This document shows, piece after piece, positions 25,201 through 37,129 of a DNA stretch of 61,457 nt (position 1 is the stretch's first letter; each line of letters starts with the position of its first letter). The translations under genes and the position numbers were made by a program. This DNA comes from Chlorokybus atmophyticus (taxonomy: Eukaryota; Plantae; Mesostigma and Chlorokybus algae), in NCBI GenBank assembly GCA_009103225.1, contig RHPI01002071.1, forward strand, positions 26,281 to 87,737, given 5' to 3'. The notes below the pieces were generated by a model. It had not been told where the DNA came from. It did not search any database and saw nothing but the letters and a program-made list of their open reading frames with translations.

Positions 25201-25252
25201 CGACGAATGTCATTGAGAACTTTTGCGGCTATTGCTCGTTGGGGATGTGAGG

Positions 25253-26305
25253 AATGCTTGCAACTTACCCTATCACCTAGCCGAGACACAGCACATCGCA
25301 CGGACACATATCATTTCGCGGCGCAACAATCTCAAGTCGCTTGTGGATAACAACGGCGAACATAACTATTTTGCCATTTGGCAATGCATTGATGTGAGCA
25401 TTGAGGCTGGCTCAGCAAGTTGCGCTTGGCTGGGCTGGATGCAACGCGTTAACTCATGCATAGCTCTGCTACGACATCAAGCTCGACCCCCACGCTGTGA
25501 GGTTAGTTTAAATGCTTGCAACCACCCCCACAACTAGCAAAGATACAACAAATCGCACGTAAGCACATCATTTCGCGGCACAATAATCTGAAGTTGCTTG
25601 TAGATACAAACGGCGAACATTACTGTCTTGCTATTTGGTAATGCATTCATGTGAGCATTGTGGCTGGCTCAGCAAGTTTGGTTGCGCTGGGTCAAATGAA
25701 TGCAACGCGTTGACTTATGCATAGCTCCAACATAGCATCAAGCTCGACCCTTTCCTCACAATTACAATACACAACACTCATATTGACTCATCTAACAATC
25801 GTGCATCGCAAACGCAATGATCGTCCAATTGCACATTCAATTAACGCTTGAAAACCATGTGGGTGGGAGGATTTGAAATCACGGCCACAATGTTCCTTCC
25901 CCTGCGCACCACTGTTTACAAAGTTGACAGCAACAACACATAGGCAACGCAGGAGGTGGAGGTCGCTGTTCGGCTACAAGCTAATTGTAACTAACAAGTG
26001 CACGACATGGTGCGCTAAAGAGCTGAAGTGTTTACTGGCGATTAGCTGCTTGGTCGTCACCCTACCTAGTAAGCTTAAAAACATCACGTGTAATGGCGAT
26101 GGTGGCCACCAATCTCTGCACCATTTTAAATGATATGAAATCTGAAGTCGCTTGTCGATGCAATCGGCAAACATAACAGTTTTGCCATTTGGCAATGCAT
26201 TCACATGAGCACTGTACCCGGCTAAGCAAGTTCGGCTGGGTTGTGTTTAGATAATGCAACGCTTTAACTCATGCACAGCTTTGACATAGCATTAAACTCG
26301 ACCCC
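25253..26305 (+). repeat. Three diverged copies of a ~170-240-bp repeat (25253-25490, 25511-25750, 26138-26305)
   Basis: Shared blocks ATTTCGCGGC, CGGCGAACAT, TTTGGCAATGCATT, ATGCAACGC, AACTCATGCA and CTCGACCC occur in the same order. Confidence 0.8.
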
Positions 26306-26712
26306 CATCATACTTTTAGCCCAACGTACATCGTGTGCAAGGTGGGGTTTGGTGCGGCCTTACAAGCACACGCCAGGCTGCTACATTCAACCAGCAGGGG
26401 CGCACGCGTGCAATGTACGACTTTGTCAGGCTGACCGTCAGTAAGCGATGGTTGACCTTGCAGCTGTGCAGGCTGTCATCGCGCAGGATATCAGCCTAAG
26501 TAGACAATACGCCTCGCAACGGCTTAAGACCTTGTTGTTACTGACTAGGTTTTGCACCCTTGCACCATGCAGCAGACAATTTTCAGGGCGCAGGGTGCTG
26601 CCATAACAGGCGTTTTGGACAAGACAACCGCACGCATGAGGCATCAGGTGCAGTAAGCTTACTGCACATGCATCATCAGGTAAACATGCAACTTGTTTGT
26701 ATATGTTGCAGG

Positions 26713-29390
26713 CGAAAACAACGGAAGCAGCACAGGACGAGCTTGCTGCGCGCAATGCAGCGGCCCAGAGCTTGGGGGCTGAGGTGGGTGTTGGAAGTTG
26801 CAAGATGAGAGGGGGTATGAGGACTTTAAGGCAGTGTGCATAGGTGCGTTTTTGCACATGCTAAGCAGAATCTGCGGCCGCTGTTTGTGATGATGTTATC
26901 GTGCTCCTCCCCAGCTGTGTGTGGCAAGGGCGGAAGTGGACGTCGCCAAGCAAGCAGCATTGCAGGGGTTCGAAGAGAAGTCGGCTGCAGCTGAGCAAAG
27001 GGTGGATGCGGCTAAGTCGAGGGCAGCTGGAGCTGAGGAGGAGCTGGCTCACCTGCGAGGGGATGCCGCCGGAAAGGACGCTATGCTGCTCGAAGCGGTT
27101 GAAAAGGTTGGGCAACTTCTGTGTGCTTGTGCAAGTGACATTAGTGTGGGCACTGCACAAATGTGTCGCGTGGATCATGTTCTTATTGCGGACTGATGGA
27201 AACTAGCACTGGAAGCGAGCACTTGGCTCAACCAAGCCGTGTTGCGTCTAGACGCAGCAAGCCTTTGTTCCATGTCACATGCATTGTTGCTGCGCAGCAT
27301 ACTAACAAGTGGATAAATGCACGCACCAGGTCGAAGCTCTTCCCATGGATGTTGCAAATGTGGAGGCACTTGACGCTGCAAAGCTTGCGGAGATCAAGTC
27401 ATTGCGAACAGGTGCTGACCTTTATTGAGTTGTGCAACCATTGCTGGCTTCCTGCACATATATAGAGAGCACAACATGCATAGCCTCAATGCATGCAGCT
27501 GTTGCTATAATATTTGTCTGCTTTCTCTCCAGGTGAGAGCAAAGCCTCAGGCGCTGGACCTGGCTGAAGAGATGGCGCAGCTTCATCAAAAGGTGCGTGC
27601 ACTTTTATATGACATGTTTGCTAGCCCTCAGAACGAGCACAAGGAATGGCCACTTGTAAGACACTATAGTTCAGATGGCAGCGAAGCTGCATGACGAGAT
27701 GAAGCAGCAAGCGTCAAACCAAGTGGATCAGAGCGAGTGCATCAATCAGGTCATCACTCGTAACTACTGCTGTATTTATTGTGTCTGTTGGTTGCTGAGA
27801 TCTCAACAACTGTACTTCAACAGGTTGAGCAGGCTCTCTCGGAGGTACGCTCTCGCGCCGTGGAGACGGAGAGCAACGCCCTTTCCATGGCTGCCGTGCT
27901 CAGCGAGTCAGGGGTCCAATCACCAGCCCACAGCAACAACAGTTGTGAGTCCAAGTAGCTGCATTTCCTTCTACCATGCTAACATACACAATGACATTGG
28001 CATGTACGATAACTGTGACAAACTCATGCATGCACTCATACATGCGCACATGCACACAGGCCTGCACGCATCTGCACGCAAGCGTTTGAGTGCATGTTGT
28101 TGATGTCCAGGCGACCGATGAACTTGAGGAGGAGCTCTTGGCGGCAGCTCTGAGGCGCATGCTGCCATTCACGTGCAGGCCGTGCAGACACTTGAGTCTT
28201 AGTTGGCCCCAACGGTCACCTTGCTACACCGTTTGCAAACAGCAATGAACTCCCCTGACAAGGTGAGACAGTCACTGTTCCTCAATTTTCTATTGCCTGC
28301 TTCTTATCCTCCTTCACTATCATCACAGTCTTACCAGCTACACATCTGTCATTCACCCCACAGTACTGCTCATCGAGTAATTGCCACTGCCATGCGGAAC
28401 GGATTCCAAGATCATTCATACACAACAGGATTAAAAAAAAAAGCTACTTGCTATTGCAGGTGCTCACCGTGGCGTCGCTGTTTGACGCACGAGTGGAGTA
28501 CCTGATGCGCGTGGTTAACGGCCTGCGTGCGTGCCTCACCCGCAACGAAAGCAATGAACTACATCAGGGTGAAATTGTGATTCAGATCGGCACTTGTTGC
28601 GCGTTGCATGCCGTCAGCTATGCGGTTACTAGGGTGCCTCCACTGCTGGCCATGGTAGTTCTTGTATGCTATATGGCATGCTCTTTGCGTATTCAACGAA
28701 TGGGGCACAAAGGCGCCTCAAGTTGAACCTTGGATTCAACTGTACCGCAGAGTGATCTCCTGGCCTCGCGCGACAAGGCGTACAACAGCCATCCGCATCA
28801 TCAGCACCGAACCCACCACAATCAGTCAGTGGCCAGAGTGCAAAAATGGCTGACGAGCACAGCGTCATTACAACACGAAGCGAGAGAAGTACCGGCAGGG
28901 CCGCGGGACCACTCCCACAACAGTTCTAACAACAACTCTGTGCACTCCACACGCAACAAGATGATGGTCGTACCAGTGGCGGACTGCTGAAGGGCGTCCC
29001 TTGACACTGCAGCCGACAGCTGCGCCGCCACCGCGACAGAAAGGAGGTATAGTGAGGAAGACAAGGAAGACAGCGGAAGCGAGGGGTACCCCTCTCAATA
29101 TTGCTTTTGCAAAACAGCACCACGCAGGTAACCCGCAGATGATCCGTGCTGCTCTGTTTACAAATTGACAGTTACTGACAAACAAGCCTTACGAACAGCA
29201 CACTATACATGCGACATCAGCTACCTTCTGGTGGCTTAATCGTGTACTGCACACATCAACTGACAATGTTGGTAACTCTGTCCAATTCTCCGCAGGGCTC
29301 CCCGTTCTGCGCCCGCCAGGACGGGCATCATCTTGGACGCGGGTGATGACGAGTCCGCGTGGACGCCCTGGGACGAGGTGCGCATTTCCG
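26713..29390 (+). CDS. Multi-exon coiled-coil protein gene or pseudogene, product unknown (exon structure partial)
   Basis: GC-rich AG/GT-bounded blocks such as 26915-27107 (ARAEVDVAKQAALQGFEEKSAAAEQRVDAAKSRAAGAEEELAHLRG), 27533-27592, 27675-27749, 28460-28567 and 29299-29378. The start and stop were not resolved. Confidence 0.45.
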
Positions 29391-30714
29391 CCACCGGTCT
29401 TATCAAAATAAGCTGTTGCGGGATGACATCCTTAAGCTCCTCATGCCCGTGCAAGGAGCGTGAATGAGAGGAGAGTGGCCCAGCATCAAGGCCAAAGTTG
29501 ACTGTACATTGAGCGTGACAACGAGTTGTGGCGTGCTAATTGCAGTGCGTACAACTGTGGGTGCGAGATACATACACCTAGTATAGGTGGATCAGGCACC
29601 TGATAATCGGTATGAATACATGCACAACAGTCACAGCAGAGCACACGAGTCAATGCTCTATTGCATGGAGCTGGCGCTTTCAAACAATCCATGTTTGATT
29701 GGAGAGGGGCTGAGGGTGGGAGAATGTCAACTGGATCACGCATGATTGCAGCCGCATTGTCACTTCGCGTTATGGTCATTGCCACTGTCGTCAGGTGGTT
29801 GGAGCCATGGTTTGCGTCCTGTTTCAACGCGCTCTCTCGTCAGTGTTTCACTCGCTTTGCACAGCATTGGCTTCGGTCATATTTTGGCCTTGTCAGCGGT
29901 TGCCGCATCGGGTTTGCATAGTAGCCATCAGCCGAGCACTATGTTGGCATAGTGCAGCCACCATCACGATTTGTGGGTTGTAGTGATGCAGCTTGTGATG
30001 CTGTTGTGTTGGGCTTGATTGTTTTGGCGTTGGGAGCTGGACCCCATCCTGAGCTTCCATGAGCTTACACATGTCATTCGCTTCTCTTCTTGCTGAGTGC
30101 CCAGCACGGAGTTTTGCAACAGGGCGGATAGAGGAAAGGCGAGCATTGGCCTCATGATTGACACTGCTGCGTCGAGCAAGGCCGAGCGCTGAGTATTTGC
30201 TTGCCAACATGTCGAAGCTTGCATCAACTTCGCAAAGGAGCAACCTGCAACTTGCCAAGCTTACTGTACAAGTCGATTACGGCACTTGCAGTTGGCAAAG
30301 CCGGATGCAGAGCAATGTTATAGCATAGCCAGCGCATGGCCTTGTGACCAAAAGGTACACAAAAGAGAAGTGGCAAACAACGGTGCGCACACCTATCAAC
30401 AGAAAAAAATGGTAAGAATGAAGCACTGTACGACCCTGATCCCTACCACGGCAGTGCTACTTGTACATGCAATGAATGGTCAAGCCGCCTGCAGGTGCAG
30501 CCTGCGCTTGCACCTGGGGTGCCACAGCCTCACATCCTTCTGACACATCAACTATGGAGAGGCTCCATCCAGCTTGCAGTATGTACACAACCAGTCAGCA
30601 GAACCAAACTTGAACACTACATATAATTGCACACTCCAGCGACCTTCAATAAACTAGGAGCACAGTGGGGCTGACTCCACAGGTAACATAAACTTGCCTC
30701 ATCATGCGCTACTG

Positions 30715-33700
30715 TTACAGGTGGTGGAACCGGTACACGACGACGCTGCCTGCGAAAGTGGCTCCCGTGCGTTCGTTGTTGGCTCTCGGTGCGGAGGCTG
30801 CAAGCTCCGGCCGCCCGTCACCGTCAAGATCAACAGCGCATAGCTTCCAACCAAACCTCCCGCGCGTCTGCAGCACAAACGACACATGATGTGCATGTGC
30901 TGATCAACACATACGTATATACATGCATACATACATACCCACTCACACCCAACAAACTCTGAGGAAGAGGGAGAATGAGACCTGTACCTGGACAGCAACG
31001 CGTTCCCATGAAGGCGCCCCCATGTCCGGGCTGATGTCGGGGGAGGCCCACAACCTGAGTGCGCCAGCTTCACCCGGTTCACTACCCAATATCGCGCCGC
31101 CGTCATCTTTTGTCCAAAAAGGCATTGACGCCACCAGATCGTCGCTGCCGTCACCATCGAAGTCTTTCAGTAAAAGCGACCAGCCCAAGCGTGCAAAGTC
31201 CATCGTGCCGCGCACGGCCGGAGTGTTCCCAATGATGTGATTCCCCACGGGAAGGGTGTTGAGGTCAATAAACTCTACATAGCCAACTGCTGGGTACTGC
31301 CCCGTGTCGTCGGAAGCCGTAGGAGCAGAAACAGCCAAGAAACCTTTCGCGCCGGCGGCCACGGCGTACCCAACCTTGTGGTTGTTCTGTTGGCCGGTCA
31401 GCGTGTGTGCCAACACGGGAAGTTCGCCATGCGCGCCCAAGTGGTACACATACACACGTCCCACCGCACCAATGCTGGCAGTCTCATACGCCGGCGCACC
31501 TGTAATAACACATACTCAACCAACATGCGTGGTGTCGACAGCGGTTCAGGTACTGCAACAGTGGTAATCCTTACCTATGATAAGAGCGCGGGTGCCATTT
31601 GTAAGAGTGGTGACGTCGACAGCTGTCCCAAACAAGGACTCGTGCGAGTCACCTTGCAACACCATGTCAGCTTCATCTGCAAGCGCATTGCCGCCGCTCT
31701 TGCGATCTTTAGTGGACTTCAACACAAAGATGGCTCCAGTGCGTAAACTGGGATGCTGTAGACTGTCAGCATCATCCAATGCTGCATAAGGCGCCTGGAC
31801 GACAAGGTCCTGAGCACCATCACCATCGATGTCCAGGGCAGCGAGTCCCATGCCAATATTTGCGAAGCTGCGAGTACAGCGCAATGCTAAGGTTCGTTCT
31901 CACATGAACAATGCATGTACATGTACCAATCCATTGTGCGTCTGTTGCAACAACACACACATTGCCCACCTGCGCTGGGTGGTGATCGTGTAGTTTGCAG
32001 TGCTTGAAATGAATGACTGTGCAGCAGCCTCCACACGCTGGCCTGCACATAACAAGAAACATGTTGTTATCACCTACTTGTCACTGAGACCAGAGCGGTG
32101 GTAAGTACACATGCACACGCACACGCGTGCAACCGTTACCGAAAAAGACGGCCACCTTGCCGGTGTAACTTCCAGCCACAGCGGTGATATCCATCCCCCC
32201 TGCAGACGGCGCACCAACAGCCAAGTCGAGCACGCCATCTCGGTTGAAGTCCAGCACGGCGCAGCTGGAGCCAAAACGGCTGTACCCGTACGGGCCGGCA
32301 ATAGTGAGATCAAAACCCTCCTCAAAACCCGCATCCTTGCTACCCAACTTGATCGACACTGCCCCCGCTTGACTCGCCAAGCCGATGTTGCCAACACCAG
32401 GCGTGCCAACAACAAGGTCCTCCACGCCGTCTCCATTGAGGTCGCCCGTGCACAAACATTCGCCCATAAACCCATTGGCAACACTGCCGGTGATTGTGAA
32501 CAATGCGGACGAGTCTTGTGGGGCGTCCTCAAGCATAGACCGCGACATGATAGTGGGCTTGCTGTCGACATCCCTTCTTGTTGTGATGTCCATTAAGCCC
32601 AACTGCCTGCATATCTCCTGCGCTTTTGCTTGCACAGCCTGCACCACATATATGATGCACGCTCAGCATGCTGTATACCCACCTCTAACAACAATGCTTT
32701 GACCAATATGAAAGCGCATTGCATGTGAGATGACAATAAGCAACAGTTGTATGCAGCCAAGCATACCTTCCAAGCTTTCTGCTGCACACGTCTCGGGACT
32801 GTCCCCGAGCTCTCTTTCGCATCAGTGAACAATGCTTGCCCAACAGAAGATACGAACCGCCTTAACGCACGTCGCTCGCCTGGTAACCAGTTTGACACAT
32901 CTGTCATGAAGACGTGCGGGTCATCAGAGCCTGCGTTAGCCATGCGCGCGGCGACAAGCGGCTCCGTCGACACGACTGCGCGTATTCTTGCAATTAACCG
33001 GCGCGTGCTTGCGTGGCTCTGCAAGTAGCCTTTGTGGCCGTTGTGAGGTGGGTGCAGCACGAGCGAGCCGTGAAGAAAGCCGTCTATGTTGTCATCCAAC
33101 TTGGATGAGACACTAATGTCGTCGCTAGGAGGTGGATCTGGAGGCCCCTTCTCCATCCACTCAACATACCTATCCCACACCGCCGCCGTCCACACGGCGA
33201 TGTCGTCAACCCCACCCAACCAATAACCAAAGAACTGCTCCGCCAAGAATGGTGCTGGCGTGACCTGAGCGCATGGACACAAGCAACTATCAAGTCAACT
33301 TCTGACACGGCTGCTACCAAGCAACAGGTGTAACTTACTAGTCAAGCCGATAAGTAAGCGACAGTCATGCTCATGATAGTGCACAGTCCGTTGCTCACAA
33401 CTGCATGTTCAATTGCACAATAAGCATACAACCGTTTGCTGAGCACACAACCCACCTCCACAGGGAAGAGGTACGCGCCGAACTGCTGGATTCCCCACGT
33501 GAGCACCGCAAACAGCTGGCGGCATTCTGCGAGCGTGTGCGGCGCCACCGTCCTGTTCACGAGTCTCGGGTTCCAGTTGTATATCCGGCTCATATCCTCC
33601 ACGGGCACGAATATTTGCCACGGGCGCAGGAAGCCGAGGTCCCCTTGCCACGCCGCCACCGTGTCGCCGCCCGTGTCGCCCGCAGTGTGTGCAATTGGGC

Positions 33701-35167
33701 ACAGGTTGCCACCGCAGTTGTAGTTCTGACCGTTGCAAACCATGCGTCGGTGACTTGTGCACATGATACAATAAGCAACACAAGTGATGGCGCATTAGGG
33801 ATAATTCAGTGGCTAACACAATACGATGATGTAGAGACACATTGCGCATGCAAGGCGTCCTGTGAAAGCTACATGACAACACATCCCACCAGCATGAAAC
33901 TAGCTATATTTGTGTATGTACTACAGTGACATAGACTCCCATGGCAGTACTGCCTGTGCTGCAGTGGAAATGATCACAACACGGCCTAAGAGCATTGATC
34001 GGCATATAATCAACGTGGAATCCAATGCTTCTCACGACACACACACAAGCCATTCAACTGCGCAAACTGCCACTGGTAGTTATCCTGGATTCAGTTGCTC
34101 ACAGCATTTCACGGTTTGTTAGATATTGGTAAGTCTTGTTTACAAAGCAGGGTGGTAATCTGTGCGCATTGGGTACGGTGACGTCTGTGTGAGCCACACA
34201 GCTGACCAAACCAGTTTTCTGATGTGCACTTCACACGTAAAACACCTGGTATTTGGTGACACACATGCGTGCGCAAGTACAATGTCAGTAACAGCTGACG
34301 AGATGCCTCACTTGTGTTGGCAAACGCACGCATGCGCCCGCATACCTGCGCTCCAAGCGTTCGTAGGAACCCCTGCCCCCATTCCATCCTCCCCGTGCCA
34401 TGCCAGTTCATGTCCGCAATGTAGTGAGCGACAACACCTGACATGGTAAAGGAATGCACGTTGGCACAGTGTCAATGACTCTGCTATAATAAGTGCAAAG
34501 CAAAGCAAAACTGTAAGGAGGCACCGTTTCACCAGCAAGTTGCAACTGACACTGCAACACTGCACCACTCTACTACTGTCGCTGTACTCACGAATGCATG
34601 CATACTGCACAGCAAGAAAACTGCAAGATTGGCAAAACCCTTGCTCTCCCCCTCTGTGTCCCGCACACCACTTTCGTTGTGCGTGTACACTGCACGGGCA
34701 TGTGGTGCATGTACGGTGCTGACCACCAACGACCACAACAAAGAAGCAACAACAACCCAATGCCGCATTGGACTGTAACCCCACCCATAAACCCACCCAC
34801 CAAAGAGGAAAGCCACGAGTCTCCTTGTCTTGACATCCTCCTCCGCCCATGGCGGTGGCCCCTTTGTGGCGCGGACGTACTGTGCTGCGGCAGCGTGGAA
34901 CGGTGGCCAGTGGGCGACCTCCCCGGCGTCGTGGTCATGGCCGCAGGTGAAGCCGTAGTCAGGGAAGGGGGCGCCGCCGTGCAGGGCGTCCAGGTTGTCC
35001 AGCAGGAGGCGGCGGTAGGACGGGTCGGTGGGACCCCACTGAAGAGCCCTCTCAGCCATTAGGTTGTGCGCGACCATACCGCAGGATGACACCCCCGTAG
35101 GCAGCATTGTAAGTAGCAGCGACAGCAACCACAGGGACAGCCATGTCGCCGCCGCCGCCGCCGCCAT
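30715..35167 (-). CDS. GPLD1: GPI-specific phospholipase D homologue (signal peptide, Zn-dependent phospholipase domain, FG-GAP/integrin-alpha beta-propeller repeats), about 9 exons
   Basis: Exon 35167-34801: signal peptide then CGMVAHN...GAPFPDYG...AHWPPF...LVAFLFG. Exon 34437-34346: VVAHYIADMNWH...GFLRTLG. Exon 33725-33456: AHTAGDTGGD. Further exons at 33264-32767 and 32638-~32140. FG-GAP motifs GDLNGDGVEDLVVG, DFNRDGVLDLAVGAP, DIDGDGAQDLVVQAP, DFDGDGSDDLVAS, DLDGDGRPELAASAP. TAA at 30715-30717. Confidence 0.92.
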
Positions 35168-35691
35168 GTCGCCGCCCTCCACAACCGCACCCACGTCAGT
35201 CTGGTTGATACTTTGCACTTTATGCTCTTATGGATACCGGCGACGGGTTCCATATGAACATCCGTACGGATAACTGACTCTGAGCTTCACACATGACTGA
35301 CTCATACTACATGGGCCACAAATAGTTTGGTAAACATTATATGGACAATGCACAGTTCTGGCCACCAACTTTTGGCGTACAGATGATTACACTAGTCTCT
35401 AATGTAGATTGCTCGATTCATGTAATTCTGATGGAAAATGCGGTCGATTATCACCGCATGGTACAACTTGTACAAGTGGTACAAGTTTATGGTCCATTAG
35501 CACCCACCGAGCAAAGTAGGTATCATACGTACAGAGTTACATGACACAAGTGGAGAGTATTGCTTGGTGTGAGCATCGCAGACTCCATCCATGCACAACT
35601 CAAACAAATCTCAATTACGTGTAGTGAGAGTAAGTTTTAAGTGTTGATGTATACATTTATATATGCGCATGCATGTCACCTGCACGAGACA

Positions 35692-35730
35692 CAGAGAGAG
35701 AGAGAGAGAGAGAGAGCGAGAGCGCGCGCG

Positions 35731-35797
<67 letters not shown>
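35692..35797. repeat. (GA)n-(GC)n-(GA)n compound microsatellite next to the assembly gap
   Basis: Direct reading of the sequence. Confidence 0.95.
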
Positions 35798-36745
35798 NNN
35801 NNNNNNNNNNNNNNNNNNNNNNNNNNNNNNNNNNNNNNNNNNNNNNNNNNNNNNNNNNNNNNNNNNNNNNNNNNNNNNNNNNNNNNNNNNNNNNNNNNNN
35901 NNNNNNNNNNNNNNNNNNNNNNNNNNNNNNNNNNNNNNNNNNNNNNNNNNNNNNNNNNNNNNNNNNNNNNNNNNNNNNNNNNNNNNNNNNNNNNNNNNNN
36001 NNNNNNNNNNNNNNNNNNNNNNNNNNNNNNNNNNNNNNNNNNNNNNNNNNNNNNNNNNNNNNNNNNNNNNNNNNNNNNNNNNNNNNNNNNNNNNNNNNNN
36101 NNNNNNNNNNNNNNNNNNNNNNNNNNNNNNNNNNNNNNNNNNNNNNNNNNNNNNNNNNNNNNNNNNNNNNNNNNNNNNNNNNNNNNNNNNNNNNNNNNNN
36201 NNNNNNNNNNNNNNNNNNNNNNNNNNNNNNNNNNNNNNNNNNNNNNNNNNNNNNNNNNNNNNNNNNNNNNNNNNNNNNNNNNNNNNNNNNNNNNNNNNNN
36301 NNNNNNNNNNNNNNNNNNNNNNNNNNNNNNNNNNNNNNNNNNNNNNNNNNNNNNNNNNNNNNNNNNNNNNNNNNNNNNNNNNNNNNNNNNNNNNNNNNNN
36401 NNNNNNNNNNNNNNNNNNNNNNNNNNNNNNNNNNNNNNNNNNNNNNNNNNNNNNNNNNNNNNNNNNNNNNNNNNNNNNNNNNNNNNNNNNNNNNNNNNNN
36501 NNNNNNNNNNNNNNNNNNNNNNNNNNNNNNNNNNNNNNNNNNNNNNNNNNNNNNNNNNNNNNNNNNNNNNNNNNNNNNNNNNNNNNNNNNNNNNNNNNNN
36601 NNNNNNNNNNNNNNNNNNNNNNNNNNNNNNNNNNNNNNNNNNNNNNNNNNNNNNNNNNNNNNNNNNNNNNNNNNNNNNNNNNNNNNNNNNNNNNNNNNNN
36701 NNNNNNNNNNNNNNNNNNNNNNNNNNNNNNNNNNNNNNNNNNNNA
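35798..36745. other. Assembly gap (948 N)
   Basis: Run of N. The X-filled ORFs here are artefacts. Confidence 1.
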
Positions 36746-37129
36746 GGGGGTAACAAATAGTTTACCTTATAATCGCACAAATTTCATCAATTTATTGAAG
36801 AATATGGGTTTACAATGCAAGTAGTGTATATATCACTTACGAAGTGTTTTTGCAGCATGAGTTTTGTACAGTAAGTAGTGTATATCAATGAAGCATGAGG
36901 TATATGTTACTTATGCAGTATAACCACGTATAACATGTATTATGTGTGCGTACAAACGTGTGTATGTTATAACTTCACATCTGTATCATATCAACTACAT
37001 CATTTCGACTGCACCATGTATGTAACAGATAATATGATATATTATTTAAGCAATCTATGCATAAAAGTTTTGCAATAATATGTGCATGAGACATGCATCA
37101 TATCACGTGCATTAAATGTAGCATTTGTT

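Noticed and set aside
35611-36824. Long ORFs of 365-389 aa across the gap
   Set aside because: They consist of microsatellite and N-derived X residues, so they are artefacts.
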